The position numbers and the translations under genes are program-made. A model generated the notes under the pieces. That model worked only from the letters and a program-made list of their open reading frames with translations, ran no database searches and was not told where the DNA came from. DNA of 64,000 nt from the NCBI GenBank assembly GCA_965285935.1, contig OZ260665.1, positions 20,460,001 to 20,524,000 on the forward strand, read 5' to 3'. The stretch is from Ophelia neglecta. Taxonomy: Eukaryota. How positions within the stretch are numbered: the first letter of the stretch is position 1; each line of letters opens with the position of its first letter. Shown piece after piece: positions 1 to 9,400 of the stretch.

Positions 1-215
1 ACCTATATTAAACTTCCTGTAAGGGTATACATGGCGATTACGTGGTATATACGTACGTGCTGATAACACGTCCTGATAACACGCTGTGATGACAAGGTTT
101 TGACATAACATGTGTAGACTCTTGCTGTTTAGACGATCTTCATGCAGTTTTACACGTTTTTTTGCGCTGTTCGCCGCTTTTACCACATGAATCCTTACAA
201 GATCTACTTACTCAC

Positions 216-230
216 CCCTCCCTCGTAGGA
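216..230 (-). CDS. Candidate 15-nt frame-preserving microexon of TCF (VLRGR)
   Basis: GTTCATGTTTTAG|TCCTACGAGGGAGGG|GTGAGTAAGT on the minus strand. Phase 1/1 with no stop, and TGCATG lies ~70 nt downstream. Confidence 0.25.
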
Positions 231-950
231 CTAAAACATGAACACACCCGACGACACTATGTCTGCCATATCAAGGCCTTTCTCTACACAGTAAACACAC
301 AAACAAAATTCATCAAAGAAGTATCAGAGGAATCTGAGGAATCAATGTTAAATACTACGTTATAAAGCATTAGTAACAATAGTAAAAAATGTTGCAAAAA
401 AATGATAAATGTGAATTTATCATTGAAATAAACAAATTGACACTGTAACTTTATATGATTATTTACTCAAAGAGCACAATACCTGATCAAGTATAATATA
501 TTAAATACCATATTTTGTCTTTAACAGAAGTAGGGTCACATTTCTAGTAAACAATTTCAGATTCAGAAATGTGATCTTTATCAAGATCCACATTTCTCAT
601 CTTTTTTATTGTAAGAGTCTTATTTTCAGAAGATGAACATTTTTTTCTGAGAAAAAAATTCAACTTTAAATTTCTATCTTTGGAGTGACCTGAACATTAC
701 AATTGCAGTATGTATATTTAATATGAATATAAATACTGAGGACAGAAAAAGAAAAGGGTAGAATCCAAGTCAAAAGATACAAAAATGTGTTCAGACACCC
801 TGACCTATGGTACACCCAGCAAGGGGAGAGCAAACCCCATTGGTAACCGTGGACCATAATCAAATAAAACGCCATCTTGTGAAGTTGACTGAAAGTTAGT
901 GAGTTGTAGCGAGATGAGATGAGATAAAAGTGCGAAGTTGAAAGGCTCAC

Positions 951-1026
951 CGTCCCCAGTTTGAGTCTCGTCGTACTCCGTGTATTCCGCGTACTCTTGG
1001 TAAACAGAACCGTTGCCCTGCTGCAT
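951..1026 (-). CDS. Putative alternative first coding exon of TCF (N-terminally truncated isoform)
   Basis: AGC-ATG (A at -3), MQQGNGSVYQEYAEYTEYDETQTGD(G), strong donor ACG|GTGAGC, phase 1 like the exon 4 end. CpG- and CCAAT-containing sequence lies upstream. No homology recognised. Confidence 0.5.
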
Positions 1027-3720
1027 GCTTACAGTTGAGTTGTCACAGGCGAAATGTTGTCCCCGCCGATATACCACCGACTTAAGCCCTGACAACTTTA
1101 GCTCCGAGGGCTATATTGTAATTAACTTCTCAAAGACCGGCTACCTGCTGCCTGGCTTGCTTTAATGTAAACTGGCTGCACAAAGGGATTGCCCAGATTT
1201 AATTTAGTCAGTCCTTCCTGGATGGGCCCTAAGCATCAAAAGTGAATACCGAGCAAGGAAATAACAGTGGAGGCTATCATTAGTGGTGCACCTTGCGAAG
1301 GGACCACATCAACGGAATTAATTGCTCATCCAATCCCGTGATGAGGCTGGGATCAAAGGAGTGCGCCCTGCATTAGCCTTGTCTGATGTGATCACTCACT
1401 CCTGTCTCTAGCTCATCGGCTCCGTCGCCGGCTCCGACCAGTCGCCCAGTCTTTGGCTTCTCCCCCTGCACCTCTCTGCCACCTGTCTCCGACACAACCT
1501 ACCTGTCGCCGAGGACAACCATGCTAGTCACCACCACTACAAAGGCTGGGGTTCTGGTGGCAGAGGGTCGTTAAAGATCAGCCGGGTCTTTAAGTCGGTT
1601 TAAGGCCTCGAATGGCACAAACGCATCAACCGGAGTCTCTGTCAGGAACCAAAACAACAGCTACCATTACAAATAGCTGTTAATCTTTTAATGTTGTCCT
1701 GACGCCTCTCATCTGAAAAACCTCACTCCGTTTTCAAAGGCTCTTGCGTCGATTCGCTCATACGACACCCTCTTGGCGTCTAGGCTTGGCCACCTGAAGA
1801 ATCTCCCTTCATCTACCGCCGAGTCTTTGACACCACCTGCCTCAAGAGCCTGTATGGCCGTTTGATATGGACGAATCGCAGCTCTCGGCACGCCATCAAA
1901 GACGAGGGCTCACAATCACTCGACCAATCCCTGGATTAACTGCATCTTCCCACGTACCACGCATCACCCCGCTTCAAAGACGCCAAAAGAAACTCGCTCG
2001 GAGAAGGCAACTTCTAGCAAATTCTGGCAGCCTCGAGGCGACCTTCGTTTTTACTTCCCTTTCTGCCAATTCTTTTAATTTGCTGAGACAAAGACTGGCT
2101 CTGAAGAATGTCTTCTAAGGGTGAGGGAAAATTAGCAGCCAATTTAACCCATCAAAGAGGGGCAACAGGAAAAAATGGACAATAATGCTTGCTTAATTTT
2201 AGTTAATGTATATACAAGAGGGTTTGGTGGGCTTTGACACATAGCATTAAGTCCCTAAGTAGCTTCATACTCGGCCTGATATAAGAGCATCAAAGACCGA
2301 GCGTGCAATGAGACAAAGTCTCGCAAAGATCCAAGCGCCCGGAAATATGCTTGATTTCTCTGCGAACGGGTCTGATGCAGAAATGATACACATCAAGTGA
2401 AATATTTAAGCCAATCGCGGCGTAGAACAGTCTAGAAGGCGGCTCGGGTTTGCGGCAGGTTGGCTTTGTTCCGGCTGTTTTTCGTGCTTATTGCCGTTGT
2501 TTTCACCCATGTTGTAGGTGTCTTCCCTATACAGTTCCCTGTGCTTCTTTGTTTTCTCCGACCCTTTACACCCTATATTGTCAAGACATATCTGATTTAA
2601 AGGCACTTCCTTTGACTCCCACTGCTGAGGTAACCCTGAGCAGGAGGCTTCTAGAAAGGTGGAGGCACATCTAGGCCAAGAATAGACTAGCTTTCAATTT
2701 GACTTTCATGTGGTTTTCACATGAACCACTCTTTATAGGCATTGTGGTAATAATGTTTCTCCCGATAGTCCCCCCTCCTCCCCCCCCCCCCCCCCCCCCG
2801 AGCTAGCCTTGCTATATGATAAAGGTAGAGAGACTCCTGGCCTAATTTATACCTGACTTGCCTACATTTTCCCCCGTTAATCTCTCTCTTTGACACACCT
2901 TTTCGGCCTCAAGGGCTCTGTTTGTTTTTCGACTGCCCTGTTTCCACCCCTACTTGTGACTTTTTACTTGTGACGGGACACAACATCAGGGCCTATCCCT
3001 TCACGCCCCTTTCTTCTACTATTTGCGGCTGATGACGCAGCCTGGACTGAGAGACCACACTCCTCATTCACGCCCTGAGCCCTATTTTTTCCACTATTTG
3101 TGACTTGTGACACAGCCTGGGCCAATTCCTGTCCCCCCCCCCCCCCCCACCTAATATACAGTCCAATCTATCTTCATCTGCTGACAAGCCTTCACCATGT
3201 CTCCAATCCACCCAGAGAATCTTCACAAACCAGCGCTCTAATAGTGAACTGCAGATGATCAAGCTCGTCCCTGGCTAGACCAATGAATTCTACAGCCCTT
3301 TATGACCATTTACGGCCACCGAATGTCTGAATCATGTGACAGGCCACCGATAGGATGAATCTAATGAGCATTAGCAGCCCATTCCGAATCATTACGACCC
3401 ATTCTGAATCATTACAACAAATCGTACCAAAGATTCAGTCTCTTGAATCTTGTCACTTTTGGCTAATCACATAATCCCTTATCCCTGCCGCTGGATCCTA
3501 CACTGATCTAGTTAGGCAGGGATCCAACGATAGGGATTCCACTCGGATTTGGATCCGGCTGAGATCAAGGGAATCAGTGATTATGATCAAAGGGTGGGAT
3601 CAAAGCGCTGGAAGCTATCAGGATGGAGCACTCAGTTTCCATCAGAGGCAGCCAGCAGAGGCAGCGGAGGCAGCCAGCAGTGGCTCCCTGAAGCAGCACA
3701 GCCGCCCGAGCCTGGTCGCA

Positions 3721-3824
3721 GAAGGCATGGCCAGGCTCGGTCACAGAAGACATGGGCAGGCTCAGTCACAGAAGACATGGGCAGGCTCAGTCACAGAAGA
3801 CATGGCCAGGTTCAGTCACAGAAG
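3721..3824. repeat. 25-bp tandem repeat x4 (GAAGACATGGGCAGGCTCAGTCACA)
   Basis: Units start at 3721, 3746, 3771 and 3796. Confidence 0.92.
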
Positions 3825-3846
3825 GTGGGGCCAGAAAGCACCTCCA

Positions 3847-3911
3847 GGGGACTGCTGGGCACTCGGAGTCCCTCTTAGGGGACTGCTGGGCTCTCTTAGT
3901 CCCTCTTAGGG
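3847..3911. repeat. 31-bp tandem duplication (GGGGACTGCTGGGC...AGTCCCTCTTA)
   Basis: Two near-identical adjacent copies. Confidence 0.8.
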
Positions 3912-6128
3912 CCCCTAGGGTAAACCCACATTGTCACTGCCCCAGTGAGAGACCCACCTTTTTGCCACCCCCAGGGCTCTAGGGGGAGGGGGGCAGGGCT
4001 GCGGGGGGCCCCCTTAATACAGGAAGGTAACCATGTACTTAATTCCCCCCACAGAACATTTGCTAAGTGGCAAAGGGTTAAAAGTCTGTTTTCAATGCAC
4101 TAAAGTCTTATATATGGAAGCTACTCTTTGAGAAGAGTGAATTGATAGGCTGACTACTGGAGAAATACAAGTTAATATCATTTCAAAGGGAGTGGATAGG
4201 CTTTATAAACTATGAACAAAATCATGCAGCATTCAAATTAAAAGATAAAATTTGGGTTTGCTATGTTCATTACAAAGTTAATGAGGGTCGTTTAACATGG
4301 AAGTGCTGAAAGAATATGTCTGACCCCAATCCTGGTCACTGCCCCCTAGTGTCATATACACATTAGCAGTTTCTAGCTTAATCCTTAACCCCTCACTTTA
4401 CATCCCCTCTCCCCCCCCCCCCAAAGTTTGTTGTCTTAATACCCCCCCCCCCTCCCCCTCCCTGCAGGTGTTTATATCTCCACACACACACACAGGGACA
4501 AATTGAGAGTGACTGAGAGTGACTGCTAGGGACTGAGAGAGAGAGGAGAGCTATTGTCTCCGGTGTAAGCCAACCAACTCCACCCACTGAAATTACTTTT
4601 ATTACCAAAGATCAAAGCTCCGGCGGCAGCTTGGACAATCCCGACGCACACACGCTCCACACACGCACCTTGCAGGCAGGACCTGAACAATATTGGACGC
4701 GGACAGAACTGTACAAAAGCCAGGTAAAATCCAGGAACTCAGAGAAAACAAAAACACCATATAAAACCTGGCCATAGAAGCTACACATGTTAATCAGTCG
4801 CCCGCCATAATTACTATATTTCAACTCAGCAGAACTGTCTAACTAGAGAACATAACATTGACAAATTGCCTGGAAACAGACACAAACGATGAACAGATTC
4901 CTGCTAAAGGTACACATATATCAACACAATAACCCTTTAATTTGATGGGAGGGGGGAGGGGTTAATTTCAAATTTTTTTATTGGAAAATATTGCTCTCAC
5001 CTGTGGAAATCACCTGTTCTTAATACAATAAATTACTCTTTATTTTATTTATAAGGTGCTTGTTTTGTCATCATGAAATTAGCTCTTATATTGTTCTGGC
5101 TGCTATAAGCTATGGAGGGATTTTAATAAATACGATGCAAGGCTTTGAAATCAATTATGAGGACGTGTTAATGAATTATTGAATCATTTTTATCCTAGAA
5201 TCATGGTTATCAGTAAAACAGAGATCAGAGTTTCTTTATTCAAATACCTGCCATGGTACATCAAACTGAAAATTTAACTAGTATTCTAAATACTAGTTTA
5301 CAACCAGCGCCAGTGATTACCATAAATAATTGGCCAACCTTAACTTAATTATTTTTATCACTGTATGCATTATTACAGACAAAAAAGAAATTATTATTTG
5401 GATTTCAAGATTTCCATTGTCTCCACAATAGATTTTCATGTAGCTTGTCTAATTAAAACAGGCACATAATGTATTATTATTAAACAGAACTGAAGTGGTA
5501 CAAGACCTCGATCTGTGGACGGAGCATTGTGGGTAAAGTAAAAAGAAACACTACACGGAGAAAAAGCCGACAAGGAATCAAAATCACGACTTTCACTATT
5601 ATCAAATTTACTACATTAAATTCCCAAGAAAACCTATCCCACATATCAATACTACCTGAACAGATGGTTCTAATCAGAAAATAAAAATCCCACCATGATG
5701 GGAAAGTTATCCAATATTATTTCCCACCAGAAGTTCTTAATAAACATTCATTCTCTAGTAATAACATCCAATTGTTTGCCTCCATTATCTTTTTCTCTAT
5801 AGGGAACATGCATGTACTGTACATTTCATGGGTATTCATAATCTGTAAAAACTAATTAACAGTTAATTTATGTTCAACCAACTTGTAGAAAGATCAGTTA
5901 CTTTATTATCCAAATTAATTGATTTATATCAAGTAAATTTGTTGTTTAAACAAACTGATTATTACCTTTCAAACTAAGTTTATTTCAACAAACCATTCTT
6001 TCCAAAAATAAATGATCATTGAAAACTTTATTGATTAAAAGCAATCTCCATAAGTCTAGAATAGAGCTCTCACAGAACAATTTTTGATGGTGCTGCCCAT
6101 TTTCACCATGAATCATAAATTGAGTTGA

Positions 6129-6210
6129 AGCCCCTTGAAGTGGACCCTCCTCTCCTAGATGTTGCCCTGTTTGGGCAACACATTGAAAGGAGGGTCAACT
6201 TCAAGGGGCT
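6129..6210. repeat. 82-bp inverted repeat/hairpin, probable miniature element
   Basis: Arms 6129-6151 and 6188-6210 are 22/23 complementary, with an inner 8-bp stem TGTTGCCC/GGGCAACA. One arm recurs at 41819-41846. Confidence 0.8.
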
Positions 6211-6326
6211 CAGAGGCAGTTCATGGTCTGCCGCCTAAAGAGACAACGTGAAACAATGCAGGGAGAATCACCATCGCGAATGGTTCCACTCGATGTATGC
6301 ATATATATATGTATATAAATTGCTAC

Positions 6327-6444
6327 CTGTTTTGGGGTCCATGTGTACTGGAGGGATCCCCATGTGAGCGGGAGGCGGACTAGCCAAATTTTCATGATTA
6401 TACATGTAAAAACCAAACCCTGGAGGAGGCTGCTTCAAACCATG
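6327..6444 (-). CDS. TCF: TCF/LEF coding exon 4 (context-dependent regulatory region)
   Basis: Acceptor CTGCCTTTTTCTCATTTCAG|, 118 nt HGLKQPPPGFGFYMYNHENLASPPPAHMGIPPVHMDPKT(G), donor CAG|GTAGCA. PPPAHMGIPP and DPKTG are characteristic TCF motifs, and the phase 0 start fits the exon 3 end. Confidence 0.95.
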
Positions 6445-9400
6445 CTGAAATGAGAAAAAGGCAGGAAGTTAGAACAAAATTGCACCGAACCAGGCACATT
6501 CTGGGTAAGAATGTTCAGGTTTTACAATAAAAGACTGTAGATTATTGCTCAAAGCCTCAGCTAACCTTATAACTTTGCCGATATTACACATCATTGCCGG
6601 CATTTTAGTTCTTAAAACATTGAAATATGCTTGTCATGCTTGTTGGCAACATCCTTCAAGCGGGAAATTCTCCGGACATTATAAAGACCAACAGGGAGGA
6701 GATGCATTCTGGGATAAGCAAGTAACAATCAGGCAGCGGTTGACTTCAAAGACAGGCTGGTTTTAAGTAAGAAGCAGACGTTATATTGCTGTTTGATACA
6801 GGGCTTCAGGGACTACTGGGGTGAATTAATGTACCTAGAGTGGCGGCCTCGGAGGGCGAGGGGGTGGATCCTTGAGGTTGCTTCTTGGCCAGATCACCAA
6901 GGGAGCATTCATTAATTAGAAATCCTCTCAACTAGGAACAGACGTAATTACTAAATACTTGCATTCAGTCAAATTCATCGAGTGGCAATCGACCGACAGG
7001 CAAGTTAATATGACGTCCACTCATCTCGCTGATATTTTAATCCCGGTAACTCGGGCGCACGTAATTTCTGTCAATAGTATTCATCATCTCCTTGCAACAA
7101 GAATCTCGCCTCACTGACCTAATTTGCGTCGATACGGAATCCAGAGTCAGCCATCAACACCACAGCTTTGAAGGGCCGTTGTTTTCTAATAGCAAGAGAT
7201 AATGGGGAAATATGAGCTCAAGTTAGCTGAAATCTGCCAATTCTGTTGGCAGTCTCTAAACCAAGACAGCTCAAGTTGTCAAGGCAGGGTGATTATACTG
7301 CATTTATCATTCTAACACCCAACTGCAAGTGGAATTCGTATTTTTCCTCACTATCCAAGATCAAAGAAAATTCAAATGATCTATGGAAAAGCTCCACGAA
7401 TACTGGTCGAAACAATGTTTCTCATAGAATTGCCATAGCAACCACAGAAACTGGTTCCCTTGCGTTCAAGACGCTAGTCTGAGACGGAGAAAAGCTGAAA
7501 TTGCAATCCCTGTATCACCTCCCTGGGTTAAAGATTACTGGATGTTGCTGAAAAAATCAAAGTGGAAACTGGATGCTTCTGATGTGCATTAGGAAGATCA
7601 AAGTGAACCAGCAGGCTAGATTGGCCTCGGAGCACGGCGCATCATCAATTTTATACCGCAGCCCGCTCGGCCCGCTGACAGCTTTTTTTACAGACGGGGA
7701 AGGTTTCCATTAATCTGAAGACATAGAAATGTACAGGGACGCCGTGCAAACAGCCGGCTCCTGAAATATTCACCAGCCATTAAAATCAGATGGAGAGAGG
7801 AGAGAGCCAATCAAGACGATTACGGATTAATCTCAGCAAATGGATGGCCCATTCTGGCGGCCTACCTGCTCCCCGCTAGATTTACCGCAGAGCGTGTTTA
7901 GTTTGCTCGTGCTTTTTGTCGATTTCCGCTTCGATGGATTCTGGTTCATCATCAAACGGAGGCAGGTACATCTTGGCTCAAATTATCAAAGGCTGTATTG
8001 TTAGCCGGGATTAGCACAAAGATACTTATTGATTGGGATTGCAGTTCTTGCTGTTTCCTGGCTGTACTGCTGCCGGAGGAGACATGCACATTATCAGCCT
8101 GATAATGGAGGTTTGCACGGCGGGTGGCCAGAATTCAATAAATTTCAGGGTGACCGGTCAGTGTAATGATATCTGAATCACCCGAGCCTTTGTCAGGGGG
8201 CTAAATAACGCCCTGATCCCCCACCCTGTTTTTATCTGCCGCCCAGCAGGTGTCAGCTCTGAGTTGTGTTACACTCTGACCTCTGACCCCAGCCCCATTT
8301 CTCCTGGAAGGGTTGCGCCTGTCCTCGCCCCGTTTAACCCTGGGGCTACTGTTCCCTGAACAAAGTGTTCTGCTGTTCTGCTCAGACTTCAAATGGCCTC
8401 GCACAATATGCTCCGAAATTTGAATCCCTTTGATGTTGTCGATGGGGAATCCTAGGCTGGGATCAGATAATTCAGTCTTGATGGTCCTCTCGGCTTGTGA
8501 GGGGTTAGAGGCCATCGTAGCCTGATCCACCACACCCCCGCCCGATCCCGGGGACCAACAGACGCACGTAAAAACACACAAATACACTCCAAAGTGCACA
8601 AATCCTGCAGGAAATTTACTCTTTCAATTACCGCATAAACAAAATATGTTTGCTTTGCCAAAGCTGGACCTTTCCTGGCATTCCACCGGCTTTGATACTG
8701 ATACCCACAGACAGAGTCTGAATTTATGCTCGACCCAGCATCAAAAGAGTCGGGGAACAACGAAACATGCCGGCGACGGAGGAATTTTGGTTATTGTTAA
8801 TATCTAGCCGCTGGCAGTGTGGTCAACATGTCCGTAAGGCCCAGTGTAAACATGAAAAAACAGGGCTAACATCACAGAAACAGATATACACAGATTAAGA
8901 CCTGTTTTCAATACCCCAAAGCCAGATTTTTCAATACCCCAATCTTCTCATGTTCTTTTTTAATAATTCCTCCAATAAAAATGGCATTTCTATTGGTGGT
9001 AACAAACACCATCATGTTTCTGTTCAAAATTACACAATTTTTTTTGCCACTAAGCAGAGAGCACATTCCTGGCAACAAGATTTACGACACCCACATCGAC
9101 CAGTTTAAATATTTGATATGAAAAATAAACTATTCATAGCATCAAATCGATAGGGCTAATGTAGTACAAATTGCTGCCAACGGAAAGGTGTGCGCTTTGA
9201 AAGAACAAAGGGCAGCATGTAACGCTTCATTTAACAGGCAAGATGTGCTCGTGTCAGCCTCGGCAGTGAATCACAGTGATTCAGCAGCAAAAACGGCCAT
9301 TTCACGACAATTACAGCGGACCATTACAACAGGGGCAGGTCCGACCAGCGTCTTTGTCCAACAGACACCACTCCTCATCGAGCTTATTGTTCAAGAAAGC

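Noticed and set aside
951-1026. First impression that the MQQGNG...TGD exon is a spectraplakin/filamin-type first exon of a separate gene
   Set aside because: It lies inside the TCF transcription unit on the same strand, with a phase matching TCF exon 4, and has no actual similarity to those proteins.
3549-3982. Three overlapping plus-strand ORFs with repeated peptides
   Set aside because: Artefacts of the 25-bp and 31-bp tandem repeats; no protein family signal.
6210-6416. 68-aa minus-strand ORF from the track
   Set aside because: Overlaps TCF exon 4 in the wrong frame; the real frame is HGLKQ...DPKTG.
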